Below, piece by piece: positions 11,976 to 24,599 of a DNA stretch of 64,000 nucleotides. Both the position numbers and the translations under genes were made by a program. Source of the DNA: the human T2T-CHM13v2.0 reference genome, Homo sapiens; NCBI RefSeq assembly GCF_009914755.1, contig NC_060944.1; one strand, written 5' to 3'. A model generated the notes under the pieces. It worked only from the letters and a program-made list of their open reading frames with translations. It had not been told where the DNA came from and did no database searches. Numbering within the stretch: the stretch's first letter is position 1; every line of letters begins with the position of its first letter.

Positions 11976-13877
11976 CCAGGCAATGTAAGTACTTAGATAC
12001 TCCAAATTATATAGCAAATCCAGTGTGACTTAAAGGGGCCACATAACATGACAGATCCAATATTGATCTTAGCTCAGGCTAATTCCAAAGCAGATGTTCT
12101 CTGCAACCCTTCCTTCATACTCCCATGTGCAACATGTGATGGTTGCTAACTTCCACCAACGACCCAGGTGTCACCATGTGGCCCCACCGTGGACTGCAGG
12201 AAGGGCATGATGATGTTGCCCATGAGGTTGTGCATGCTGTGTTGAGTGCATGTGAGTGAGGGTGTGTGTCTGAGCTCCAGGACGTGTGGATGTGCTCCTC
12301 CTGGTGTGCACCCTGAGCTCTGACTGCTGGGTGACACAGACGTGTGTTTACAGCTGATCAGGCATCAGGGCTTTCCTGCGGCAGGGGTTGTGGGCATCCT
12401 ACTCCTCACTAAAGTTCACCAAAACGCTGCAGGTCCCTGAGAGGCCCTCACAGCCAAGTGGACTGACCCCTGGCAGGTGACCAAGGTGTCCATCACAGGC
12501 AGAGCTCTGCATGGAAAATGCAATGACTGGTTGTTTATCCACCTGAGTCACTCATGAGCATTTTCAATAAAGGCTAAGAGAAACCACCAACCACATAAAT
12601 TATATCAGATGCAAACTGACATTTCCTAATGGCTGAGTTTGGGCAAATATCAGCTATTAAGACATCAGTGTATTATTAGATTGGAGACATAATGGTGAGG
12701 CCAGCAGCTGTTTCAGGAGGGAAAGCATCTGTGATCCAGTAAATGTGAGAGCCCACCTGACCACCCATGTTTCATTCTCACCCTGCAGAGCTTCCACTCT
12801 CCTGAGGAAGGTCACTGTGTGTCACCTGGAGAGATATAAAAACCACACTAATTATCATGGAGAACAAATATGATTTCTAGCCTGTGAGGGTGGACAGGGG
12901 CTGCTGCTGCTTCTCCTTCTTCTTCAATATAATAAAGGCTTGAGCACCCTCTAGGTCCCCAGTGGTTTTCAAGCATTTGTGCAGTGAGGCCTGTCCTCGA
13001 GTCACCCAGGGCTGGAGCAGGTGTCAATGGTCTGGACCTCAGGACAGTGCCAGATCTCCTGTGCCTTTCTGCCTTTTGCACCTCCTTCCTCTCTCGCTTT
13101 CAGTTTGCTTTTGTTCCAAGTGTGCAAGCGTCTCTGATCATCTCCTTCCTCCTCTGCCTTGCTCCCTGCCCTTTGCCCTGGTTGGGCTGCTTGTATTTAT
13201 GTGAGGAAAGGAGCTGCTTTTCTTGGCTCCGTGCGTTCTTCTCAAGGGTCATATGTTGCTGTGGGACATCACTTCTTCAGGTTCTACCTGAGCTCCTCTT
13301 CCTTCCCCCTCACAGGCAGGTGCTTCAGTGCCTCTGCTCAGAATTCACTCCATCTCCTTCAAAATGCCCCTTCAGATGGTAACAGGTGGTTGTGGGACAG
13401 TCACCTGCTGTGCTTTCTAACTCCACCCCACCCACTTCCTCCAGGACCAGGAAAACACACTTCAGTGTGGTGTTGTCAGATACTGCCCTTTCTTGCAACA
13501 GGCAGAGGTGCCTTCACTTAAAAGCTCTGGACCATCCAGCCCCTAACACCATCAAGCCCCCAGGCACCAGCAAAGGGAAAGCTCGCACCCAGCAGGGGTG
13601 GCTGGATTCCATCCTGAGGCCCAGCACCTGGCTATCTGTGTCCCTGGACATCCCATTGCGCCACAAGTTTTCCTCTTCTACAAGACCCCCTCAAGTGGCC
13701 CCAGTTCAGACTCCCATTGTAGATTGGGTTTTGGGTCCCCTTCCCCAGGTTCTAGAACACTATGCTAATCTCAGCCCATTGGCCAAGCCAACAGCCAGCC
13801 TGCCCTTGACAACAGCTCAGCCCTGCTCCCCATCCCGGCTCTGCCTGGAGAACCACTTCAACAAGAAAGCATTCTGG

Positions 13878-14192
13878 AGTCTGGGCATGGTGGCTCACAT
13901 CTGTAATCTCAGCCCTTTGGGAGATCACAGCTGCAATCTCAGCAGGAAGATTGTTTGAACCCAGAAGTTCAAAACCAACCTGTGCAACAGAGTGAGACCC
14001 CCATCTCTACAGAAAAAAAAAATAGAAAAAAAATTTAGCTGGGCTTGGTGGCACATTCCTGTGTTCCCAGCTACTCTGAGGCTGAAGTGGAAGGATGCTT
14101 GAGCCCAGGAGGTCGAGGCTCCAGTGAGCCATGAACGTGCCAGTGTCCCACAGCCTGGCCAACATAGTAAGACCCTGTCTCAAAAAAAAAAA
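13878..14192 (+). mobile_element. AluJ
   Basis: Diverged dimeric Alu with AluJ-type gagcccaggaggtcgaggct; poly-A tail. Confidence 0.9.
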
Positions 14193-14279
14193 GACAACCC
14201 CCCGCCCCCGGAAACCCGGTGTCATCACTCCAACCTGGCCCTGTTGGCCACCATGCCTGACACTAGAGAAACGCTGCCT

Positions 14280-14610
14280 TCATTAGCGTTCCCCAGAAAC
14301 AGAAACAGACTCGAGACAAGGAGCACACACAGGTTATTTCAGAGGTGCTCCCAGGAAACTGCAGCAGGAGTGTGAGGAAGTGAGACAGGGCAGGGCAGGC
14401 AGTCGGTGACGGACATGTGATCAAGTGGCTTCCTGTTGCCGGCAGCTGCAGCAGCGCTGGGATTCTTCAGGAAACCCTCTGCCTCCTGGTTTTCCCACCT
14501 GAGGGATGGGGGCTGGATATTGGCTCCCAGGTTCCTGCCAGTCATTGTTTGAGGGTTGCCCCTGGAGGGTCTTGGCTCCCTGGCACTTACAACTGCCATC
14601 CTGAGAGACC
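14280..14610 (-). mobile_element. LTR33-like ERVL LTR
   Basis: gttccccagaaacag...gagacaagga...ttatttcagaggtgctcccaggaa...gaagtgagacaggg...cagtcattgtttgaggg. Confidence 0.65.
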
Positions 14611-14949
14611 CCCAGGCAAAGACATGCAGATGCGAGCAACTGGGGGCCCGGTCCAGGATCCAGGGTGGGGGTAGGCAGGATGCTGCCTGGGCAGATGAGG
14701 CAGGTCCAGGATGGCTGATGCTGGATCAGCCTGGGACCCCGCGGGCCTCTGACTCAGGCCTCCCTGATGGGCTTGTTCACCCTGGGGCACTCCTGCAGCA
14801 TCATCTTTCCTCAGCCACATTCCCCTCGACAGCCTCCAATTTTCACACTCTCTTCACAGTTAAGTCCTTTGGAAAACTGATGAAAATAGTTCATCTGTGG
14901 AAACAGTTTTAGTGGCTAGGCTTTCTTTTGTTTAACTGCTTTGAATTCT

Positions 14950-15145
14950 CTAGGGCAGATGTTATTAATGTGAGGATTTACAGAGTCCATGGATAGACTC
15001 CAGGCAGATCAGAAACCCTGAAATTACACTGTTGATCCATTTTTTCTAACCATGTGCACTTTTCTGGGGAGAATTTGTCTAAAATTATAAAAGGAAAGCC
15101 TGAGTCAGAAAGAAAATTAAGAAAAATGTAAGACCCACTGTTTTA
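14950..15145. mobile_element. hAT-Charlie MITE (MER103-like)
   Basis: gtccatggatagactccagg...ccctgaaatt...tgtgcacttttctggggaga...taagacccactg. Confidence 0.55.
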
Positions 15146-15484
15146 AACTAAAACTAAATCAAAGCACACTAAACAGATTCTCTGAATGCACACTGACAAA
15201 ACGCAGGAAGAACAGACTGAACCATGGGCCAAAGGGTGATTCTCTAACTCCAACAGGCAGCACAGTGCCCAGCACTGTGCATGCTCCTATGTGCTGATTA
15301 AATGGATGATCTGGGCCTGATCTCACATCATGAAGACATTTACCTTTTCCATTACTTATCTGCAAACTCCTAATGCCAGAGAGCCAACAAAAAGTAATAT
15401 GTGCTGGTCAGAGAGGTTCATAGTACATCAGGAGGATTATGATCAAGGCTGGAATATCCAGAGTTGAGAGTAGACAGTCAGTGT

Positions 15485-15980
15485 CTGCATTGGTCAGCTT
15501 TTGCTGCATAACAAACCATCCAAACTGTAGTGACTCAAAACAAAAGCCATCTATTTTACACATTATTATTTAAGGTGGCAAGCTGGGTTGGGTAGCCAGT
15601 GGTTCTGTTAGGCTGGGGTGAGCTCAGTAGATCTCTGCCGGGCTTGCCTATGCATCTGGAGTCAGCAGGGCAGTTGGCTAGAGCTCATGATTTAGGATGA
15701 CCTGGGCTGGGGTGGCAGGGATCACTGATGCTTCTGTCCATGGGATCGCTCATTCTCTAGCAGGTGAGCTCAGATGTGTTCAGATATTGATAAGATTCTA
15801 AGAGCACAACGTAGAAACTGCAAGTGCCCTTAGGCCTAAGCTTGAAACTTGTTCCGTCATATCCTGTTGACCAAAGCAAGTCACAACGCTAGCCCAAATT
15901 CAAGTGTAGCAATAAAGAACATTCTACTTGTTAATAGGAGGAGCTGCAAAGTAGCATGGTCATTTTACAGTCCACTGCAG
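15485..15980 (-). mobile_element. MLT1-type MaLR LTR
   Basis: agcttttgctgcataacaaaccatccaaactgtagtgactcaaaacaa...atcctgttgaccaaagcaagtcaca...cccaaattcaag. Confidence 0.75.
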
Positions 15981-15989
15981 TCTTCCCAC

Positions 15990-16100
15990 TAAGCTCAGCA
16001 CAAATCACCACACTGCAGAATCATGAGCTCAGTAAATGGTGGTTGTTTTGAGCCACTATGTTTTGGGGTAGTTTGTTATGTGGCAAAAAATAATTGATAC
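15990..16100 (+). mobile_element. MLT1 LTR 3' end fragment
   Basis: cagaatcatgag...taaatggtggttgttttgagccactatgttttggggtagtttgttatgtggcaa...tgatac. Confidence 0.7.
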
Positions 16101-16101
16101 T

Positions 16102-16410
16102 TTGTCTTAGGTTGGATTCTCTTGGAATGGATGTTGAGATAAAATGAGAAGCTGATCAATTAGGAAGAGTTCCCAGGGAAAGCCAGTAGTGAGTGGGGAA
16201 TGGAAGGAAGTCTAACATGAGCAAGATGTCAAGCAAAGCCCAGAAAGAGAGAATGAGTTGGCTTAACCTTGCAGGAAACCTCTAGGGACAATGTAGGTTA
16301 CACCTCAGAGTTGTCCCAGTCAGGAGTGAGGGAACTGTAGCGTTGATGTCCCTACACCCATCGGTCATTGTTTAAGTTCTAGGAGTGTGCATTTCCAGGC
16401 ACTTCTGGCT
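16102..16410 (-). mobile_element. LTR33-like ERVL LTR
   Basis: tgtcttaggttggattctc...cacctcagagttgtcccagtcaggagtgagggaactg...catcggtcattg. Confidence 0.6.
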
Positions 16411-16699
16411 GGCTGTGGCACAAACAAAGTGGGTCTTCCTCAGAACATGGTGCAGCCTCTGACTAGGAGACCAAGTGCTGGCTGTTGGGAGTTCAGTGTG
16501 CCTGGAGGGGATGTGCACAAAGTGGCAAAGGCTTCCAGAAGCTGCGGACTGAGGATGCACATTTTTTGCTCCAGGATCTGGAATGGGTTCTTTCCTCTCC
16601 AAGTTTTGCAGCCTTCTCTGTGAGGCCCGTTGAATGATCAAAGTGCTTTTACTGTCAATAAGTTCATTCTCATTTTTCTAACTGAACATTTCTGGTGTG

Positions 16700-17050
16700 A
16701 TTGTGACAATGCTAGTCCATTTCTCCCTATCTATTCCTCTAGGGAGGAAGCAAATCACTGTGAAGTGTCCTCATCATAACCTTTCGTACCCTTAAAGACC
16801 GTTACTCATCTGCCTCCTCGGCACTTTCTGCTGGAGATGTGGCCTCAACTCCATTAACCTTTCCCCATAAGTACCAGACTCTCCTTTCAATCAGTCAGTC
16901 TGTTCCTCCCTTAATCCCCTCTCCTCTCTTCTCCATCCCAATTTCTTTTAAAAAGGCAAAGACCCAAACCAGACACTGACCACTCACAATCGTTTTCTCA
17001 GCAATAGGAGTTGGACAAAGCCTTGCATCCCAGCTGTGGTGTTCCTTACT
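16700..17050 (-). mobile_element. L3/CR1-like LINE fragment
   Basis: cccttaaagaccgttactcatctgcctc...ccattaacctttccccataag...cccaaaccagacac resembles antisense CR1/L3 ORF2 3' region; very diverged. Confidence 0.35.
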
Positions 17051-17819
17051 CTAGACATAACCTCAGCTTGTTGAAGGTTTGTTTTGATTTAACAACAGAC
17101 TCTTTCTTCTACATGCAATAGTAACAGGTATTATCGTGTTCTATGAGAAACATTCTGAGAGAAAAAGTCAAAATGTAAAATAAATATTGGGTCAATAGCT
17201 CCTTCCTATCAGGAGGAGACTTCACTTGCCTGTTCTGGGAAATGTCTCTCTTGTAACCATATTGAGGAGTTTAGGGATTTCCCAGGTGTTGTGGCATCAT
17301 GGGCATCTTGCCATGCACCCCTTTATGTTATCTCTAAACTGTAATTCCAAATACCTCATGCACGGGAGTAAATCATGGGCCTTCCCTAGAAAGAAAGTAC
17401 ATCTAAGCTTCTTCTAAAGTGTGGCATTTCCAGCCTTGAGGACTGGTGTCTCTAGCCTTCAGAAGATGACATTTGGCAGTAGGAAGAACCGACGAACCAC
17501 CTTGAAATAACTGAAGGTCTGTCATATGGAATTAACATACTCCCTTGATCCAAGGATTGATCTAGGATCAGTCAATGAGGTTTTTAGAGGGGCACAAGGC
17601 AATGGGAAATGTGGAATGATATTCTTGCATTCAGAGATATTCACAGGCAGAGAAGAACACATCATCAAAAAGGCCAGTGAATTCAGTAAGAAGGTCTCAA
17701 TCTCTTGAGGAGTTTATTACAAATACATATTCTGGAAAAACCCAGGATGTGCTGCAGATATGACATCATCAGCTGACCCTGGGTGGGTGTGGCTGCTTCC
17801 CCTTCAGGCACAGTGAGCA

Positions 17820-17955
17820 CAGCAGTGAGAGGTGAGTTACAGGAGGAGGTCCAGACCCTGACCTTGGATCTCTTTGTAATTAACTTAATGACCATGAGCC
17901 CTCACCCTTCGTCCAGCCTCCAGCTTCCTCATCTATAGAGTGATGGAAGTGGACA
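17820..17955 (+). mobile_element. MIR/MIR3-like fragment
   Basis: cagcctccagcttcctcatctatagagtgatggaagtggac. Confidence 0.5.
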
Positions 17956-18933
17956 CGCTCAGCTCTTGCCTCTCTTCGTTCTGCCAAGGCAGCTATGCAG
18001 TTGGTTCCTCAGTTCCGAAGTGCAGGTGTCTGAATAAGGGACAGATTTTTCGTTGCACACAAAATGTGATAGAGGTCCCAATCAGATGAGCCAGTTACTT
18101 AATTTGCAGAGGATATTTGTGAATTATCATTCAAACAACAAAACATCTGACAAATGAAGTCTGTTCATTTCTACTACTGTTACCTTAATTTGTATTGTTT
18201 GATAATAATACTGGTAAGTTTGTCTAATAAACAAGGCAGCATTAAGCCAAGAGTGATACCTAGTCAGGCTGCATTTTTCACAGGATACACTCAACTGCGT
18301 GATTCTTTTTGCTAGAGTCCCTTTTGCAGGCAGTTCTTTCACAGACTTATCAGAAGCCTCTCTCTCCAGGGCCATTAACCAAGTGGCTGTTACTGCAAAA
18401 ATCTAAGGAGAACAAAGATCTGTGAAGCGGGTCCAGATGTGAGGTGTGGGGTGGAGGAGAGAGACATGGGCCAGGGTTCAGGGAACCTGCACATCAGCCC
18501 CAGCAACTCTGTTAACAGCATGTGTGGTTCAGGGGGATGATTTCACACCTTGCACTTTAGTTTTACCCAGTGTAGGAAAAACAATGATCTGCCTGACAAC
18601 CGGGACAGGGGCATAAATGTAATTCATTTATTTCCTCCCATCCTTGGGGCCCCACTGCCCTCAGGAAGGTCAAGTTCTTCATGTCTTTCCTTCCAACACT
18701 TCACCTTGCACCCACTTTCAGCATAAGTGGAGAGAGTGTTATCATTTTCCTTTGAAACAGTGATGGAGAGTCTCCAATTACAAAGCTTTGAAAAAGCAGA
18801 CTTACCCACATTTCTCAGCAGTCAAAGCCAACATAAATTAAAAGTTGCTGGAAGAATTAGGGTAGAAGTATTGACCTGGCTGAGATTAGAACAGATTTCA
18901 ATTTTTCCAATATCTACAGTGAATTATGTCTTT

Positions 18934-18936
18934 AAT

Positions 18937-18968
<32 letters not shown>

Positions 18969-19230
18969 GACAGGTTCTCTTTCTGTGGCCCAGGCTGCAG
19001 TGCAGAGATGTGATGATAGCTCACTTAAGCCTCAACCTCTTAAGCTCAAGTGATCTTCCTGTCTCAGCCTCCCAAGTAGCTAGGACTACAGGTCCTAATT
19101 TTTAAATTTTTTGTGGCAAAGGTTTTTTCTATGTTGCCCAGGCTGGTCTCAAAATCGTGGCCTCAAGTTATCTTCCTGCCTTGGCCTCCAAAGTTCTGGG
19201 ATTACAGGTGTGAGCCACTCCACTCAGCTA
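18934..19230 (-). mobile_element. AluJ with (TTTA)n tail
   Basis: Antisense Alu; TSD tgaatta(tg/ca)tcttt at 18920-18933 and 19231-19244. Confidence 0.92.
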
Positions 19231-20309
19231 TGAATTACATCTTTGAGAAACAACCTTACAGGCAAATTTGGGAGGGAGTATAATACAGGCATAATGTAAG
19301 TTCTCAATGGTGTCTTGAGATACAGATACGGATTCTGCCATGCTCCTGTTCCTACCTTAAGAACATTCTCAGAAGCTATAATTTAGACTGTGGACTCAGA
19401 GCTTCTGGAAGCCTGACCCGATCTTCATAGTTCAAGTCCAAGAGTCAGAAAGGGATGGACCCAGTAGCAGAGAATGATGAAGATGTGGATGAAGAAGCCC
19501 CACAAATTTCACCAAATCTTCTTCCCACTGGGCATTTGTGCCTCAACCCAGTTCCAAGAGAAACTGCAGGAAATCCTTTAGGAAAACAGGGACCAGCTCC
19601 CCAGACATGTCCACATGATTGATCCTCTTCTGCCCTGTTTTCCTCCCTTCTTCCACACTGGGTTCCCTGAAACTCTGTTGCATTCTGCTGAGTTCCTTCT
19701 CGTTCTGAAGCCATTGGGTGGATGTGACAGCATCTCCTCCTACACAGTGGAACCAGTATGAATCCCAGCAAAGATCAGACAGGATGTTCCAGCCCAGAAA
19801 AGCCAAGATCCTGAGCGCCTGCTGAGGTCACACACAGTAAGAGACACCCCAAGACAATTCTAAGAGGGCAGCATCTGGCCTCTCCACCACAGTGTGGTAC
19901 ATCGCAGCCCTTGGGCCAGTTGGCAAACATCGCAGCCCTGACTGTGTGTCCTCTAACAGGAAGAGAAAAACTTTCTCTCTTCTGGACACTTGCAAAGACT
20001 CCAGCAAGCCCAGTGATCTGTGAGGTGGGTCCAGATGCTTGGAGACCAGTGTGGCGAGCAGGAAGGAGCAGCGGACAGGGAGCCTGGGCTGCCGTCCGTG
20101 ACTTCGCCTGCATCGACAACCCGTTTGGCTTCAGGGGAATCGCTTCACACTGTGTGCTTGAAAAAACGCCCTCTGCCCAGAACAGTAAGCCCAGCGCCAG
20201 ACATAACTGAATCTAAGTTTGCTTCCTGTTCCCGCACACATTCTTTCCCTCAACGGTTTTCTGCCTCACTACACCATCTCTGAGGAATAACCTCTGAGTT
20301 TCTATTGAA

Positions 20310-20690
20310 GAATGGAGACTATATTAAGTATATATTTATGTATTCATCATAGAAAACCTATAAAAGACCAAATAGTAGGTAAAAGTTACTGAAAATCTCA
20401 GGGGCCGAGGGATTCCTGCCTTCCCTTTTATCAATACTGTACATACTCACATTGGTATGACTGGGTTTTTTTTGCAACCTATTTTTTTTCCAGTCAGCAT
20501 GAGATGTTTATTTCCCCTTATCATTTATTGTTTTATATGATATTATTTTAATACTTATTTAATATTCTCCTGCTGAATTTAGCATAGTGTATTTATCCAA
20601 TCACTAAATATACAGCATTTGGGTTGTGTCCGCTTTTACCCATTATAAATTATGTTATAATTATTATCTTTGTGGATGGAGCTTTCTGCA
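20310..20690 (-). mobile_element. Old L1M(E) 3' UTR fragment
   Basis: atagtgtatttatccaatcac...catttgggttgtgtccgctttt..cattataaat. Confidence 0.5.
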
Positions 20691-21261
20691 TATGACACCC
20701 ACCATCAGTCATGGCTTTCAGGTCAGGAGCGAGCTCACCAAGCATCAGAACAGCGAGCATTCATGTGTCTGCACCGTCTCTCTGGGTCTGTGAAATGGGC
20801 TTTATTTTGTTCCCCAATGTGTCCCTGTCTGTCTGACACTAAGGCCTGACCACTTCCTGTTATCCCAGACTGGGCTAGTCAGGGGAGACTTCAAGAAGGA
20901 GGAAGGAATTCTACACAATCATTTGCATCTGAATCTCACTCCATCTATATAGCTTTTTAGCTAAGAACTTTAGTTTTTAACCTCTCTCAGAGGTGGTTTC
21001 CCAGACAGTGAAGATTGCACTAAAATACTCACACCACTGCATTGTCATGGGGATTTAGGGTAGCAAGGCCTGATGGGCAGTAACCTCATAACAGTGCTAT
21101 TATTATTACTGTCAGGGCTATTTTTATAATCAGGTGGGGCAGCAATGCAGGGACTGAGTGTGGCCACATCCCTGCTCTGTGGACCCCAGGCCCTCTTCAT
21201 GACTGTAATAAACACAAGAATCCTCCCCACTTACCTGGCCATGGCTGCCTGTCATCAGGCA

Positions 21262-21680
21262 GGTTCTTCTGGAAGCAAGCAGTTTATTCAAGAGTTAGAG
21301 GAAACACCAACAATGGAAACACAAGGTGGGAAAGGGAGATAGGGAAGAGAAGAAGCTGAGAAAGAGTTTGTGGCTAAGCCACCAGTGTTGCTACACTGTG
21401 ATGACGGTGGGTAACAGGGGGTCGATCTTGCTGGGTACCCTGAGGACCAGTGTACAACACACATCTCAGAGCTCCCACCCAAGGGGCTAGGGAGCTGGGG
21501 TATTTATCTGCCAGCTGCCCTTGGCCATTGGTTGTGGGTTGCTATAGGGAAGAGATTCCCTGCACTTCAGAGACTGCCACTAGCACAGGGATGGGGAATC
21601 AAAGCTAGGCCAGTGCTCCAGGAAATGGGGCGAGCCAGTGAGGAGCTCTGGTTGGCTCTGACTCCAGGTGCTACACTGCC
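21262..21680 (-). mobile_element. LTR33-like ERVL LTR
   Basis: catctcagagctcccacccaaggggctagggagctggggtatttatctgccagc...ccattggttg. Confidence 0.7.
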
Positions 21681-22069
21681 AGTGCACACCCTGGTCAGCT
21701 TCCTGTGGCTCGTCCCACTTCCTGGGCAGCTTGTCTATGCTGTGAGACCAGAGAGAGCATCAAGTGTTGATGTGGGAGGCAGGCCCAGGAGGAGCCCTCA
21801 GCAGCCTCCCATGGAGTTTGTTCACTGATGGCAGACCACCCTGGCAGCTTGGCCCATCAGCAAGCATGACACAGCAGGTAAGGGTTCCTTCCAGTAGCAC
21901 AGGCTTCCAGTCCATGATGAGCCAACCTAGTGTGCCCCTTGCACTGATGAAATGTGAGACCAGTCTTGCCTAGGTATTTCTGCTCCTTTCTCTGGGTGAG
22001 CCAGAGACACTTTGAGATGATCTCTCCCTTGCTGAGGGAGATACCAGAAAGGGCTCAAGTGAGCTAAAA

Positions 22070-22485
22070 TGGGAGGGAGATAGACAGACAGTCATCAAGA
22101 GATTTATGGTAAAGAAGTGGCTCACACAGTTATGGAACCTAAGATGTCCTAAGATCTGTAATCAGTTAGCCAGAGACCCGGGAGACGGGGAGTGTAACAC
22201 ATCTGAGCCTGAGTCTGAGAGCAGGAGAAGACCCATGTCCCAGCTCAAAGACAGTCAGGGAGAAAAAGAGAGCCCATCTTTGTGCAAACTTTGTTTTACT
22301 CAGGATTTCAACAGACTGGATGAGGCCCACCCTCACTGGGAGGGGAACTGCTTTACTCAGTCTACTGACGTTAATCTCATCCAGAAACCCAGAAACACAC
22401 TTGCAGACACACCCAAAATAATGCTCAACCAAATATTTGGGCATCCTGTGGCCCAGTCAAGTTGACACAAAAAATTACCATCAAT
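22070..22485 (-). mobile_element. MLT2-type LTR (3' LTR of the ERV-L provirus)
   Basis: Reverse complement begins tgatggtaattttttgtgtcaacttgactgggccacaggatgcccaaatatttgg, the MLT2 5' terminus; abuts ERV-L internal sequence. Confidence 0.88.
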
Positions 22486-22756
22486 AGCCAATTCTTTGTC
22501 AACTTCGCACTCATATGCACCTCTTTAAACTGTACTTAGTGTGCAAGTAAAGACAATAACAAGATCAAAATTCTGTCTAACGTGATACAACTTTCCTGTA
22601 TACAACCACAAATGCACTAACCCCTTCCCCAGAAGAGGAGGTAACATCCTTCCTTGAGGGATCCTTACACTCGCCCTTGTAATTCCTTAATATTAATGTT
22701 TACATAGTAGATGTAAAGTTAGCAATTTTAAAATACTATGATATAAAGTCAATACA

Positions 22757-23063
22757 AGCCAAGTGCAGTGGCTCCCACCTGTAATCCCAGCACTCCATGA
22801 GGCTAAGGCGGATAGATTGTTTGAGCCCAGAAGTTCGAGACCAGCTGAGCAATATGAAAAAACCCCATCTCTACAAAAAAATACAAATATCAGCTGGGCA
22901 TGGTGGTTCATACCTGTAATCCCAGCTACTTGGGAAGCTGAGGTGGGAGGATCTCCTGAGCCTGGTGATCCGGTCAAGGCTGCAGTGAGTCGTGATTGTG
23001 CCACTGTACTCCAGCCTGGGCAACAGAGCGAGACCCTCCCTGTCTCAGAAAAATTAATTAATT
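22757..23063 (+). mobile_element. AluJ inserted in ERV-L
   Basis: Dimeric AluJ; TSD aagtcaataca at 22746-22756 and 23064-23074. Confidence 0.93.
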
Positions 23064-23326
23064 AAGTCAATACATGTTATGTACATGATAAAGGTATAAG
23101 AGAAGAAAGAAAACCAGACATTTACTTAACAGGTGTATATATATATATATTTGTTGATAAACATATGTATGTACACACAGACATAGTCATAAAAATCAGG
23201 AGTTATATTCACAGTGATGACAGCTCTCACTTGTGTAACTGGCCACATGGTCCCAGCTGGTGTTTTGCTCACCTCTTGCATCTCTTCCTCTGCATTCCCT
23301 GCAACTTCAGCAAGCACTTCAGCTGG

Positions 23327-23730
23327 TCATGGCTTTTTACCTGGTGGTGTGACCCAAACCTTCATTCCTGAAGACTCTGGACCATTACCAGTCCTGCCTG
23401 AATGAGACTGTAGTTTTCCATTGACTTTAACAGGACATGATAATACTAAGAGATGCACTTTGGGACCTCTTGTATTCCAGACATACTCCTCCTTACCCCC
23501 ATTGTTGAGGAGCAGTCCAATTTCCCCTCGGTAGTCAGGGTCAACCACCCAGCCAGCATAGTAACACCTTTCTTTGCCTGTGGATTCAGAGATATGAGAA
23601 GTTCTAAGTGGCCAGGTGATTGTCTTAACAATTGTTGTTGGGTTTCCTGATGAAAGCATTCATCTTTGTGGAATCATTTTTGGGTTTCCTGATGAAAGCA
23701 TTCTTCTTTGTGGAACTAAGAACTCTAGGC
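23327..23730 (-). pseudogene. ERV-L dUTPase remnant
   Basis: VDPDYRGEIGLLLNNGGKEEYVWN and LNPQAKKGVTMLAG in shifted frames correspond to ERV-L dUTPase motifs (IDPDYxGEIGLLL). Confidence 0.88.
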
Positions 23731-23799
23731 CAGTAAAGTATCAGATTCTGGAAACAGGAAGCAAAAATTTTGCTAGTGGGTCATTAGAGGTAATAGTGA

Positions 23800-24570
23800 G
23801 AGGTGCCACTCTCACTTCACCTTTAATTTCTAGACTCATGAATCCTGGCTATGGAAGAAACAACTCCATACATTGGATGCTGATTCAGAGCATATGCAGC
23901 CTCCTGGATGACACTGTCCCAACCCTGGAAGGTATGGCCACCCAACTGGTACTGAAACCGAGTCTTCAAACGGGCATTCTGCTTTTCTATCAAACCAGCT
24001 TCTTCACAAAGGTGCAAACATGGTAAGGCCAGCTAATTCCATGAGCATGGGCCAATTGCTGCACTTATTTTGCTGTAAAATGAGTTCCTTAGTCAGAAGC
24101 CATCCTGTGTGGACTATCGTGATGGTGGAGAAGACATTCTGTAAGTCCACAGATGGTAATGTTGGTAGAAGCACTGCATACAAGGTAGAAAAATCCATAT
24201 CCAGAGTAAATGTCTATTCCACTAAGGCTAAACACCACCCTTTGTATGATGGAAGCTGTTCACTGTAATCAACCTGCCACATGTAGCTGGCTGATCACCC
24301 CAGGGCATAGTATCATATTGAGGGCTCAATGTAAGTCTCTGATGCTGGCACATTAGGCACTCAGCAGTGGCTGTAGCCAGCCTGGCCTTGGTGAGTAGAA
24401 GTCCATGTTGCTGAGCCCATGCATAACCTCCATCCCTGCCACCATGGCCACCTTGTTTATAAGCCCATTTGGCAATTACAGGGGTGGCTGGGGGAAGAGG
24501 CTGACCAATAGCTACAGATTGGGTCATTCTAGCCACTTGATTATTAGATTTCTGCTCTGCTGAGGTCACC
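23800..24570 (-). pseudogene. ERV-L integrase remnant
   Basis: GHGGRDGGYAWAQQHGL...AECLMCQ (HHCC region) and EAGLIEKQNARLK...GWDSVIQEAAYALNQ (catalytic core E region). Confidence 0.88.
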
Positions 24571-24599
24571 TATTGGAAATCATTCACACAGATTACAAA

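Noticed and set aside
13386-13958. 190-aa plus-strand ORF (non-ATG start)
   Set aside because: No recognisable domain, GTG start, and the C-terminus runs into an Alu; consistent with a chance ORF in GC-richer DNA.
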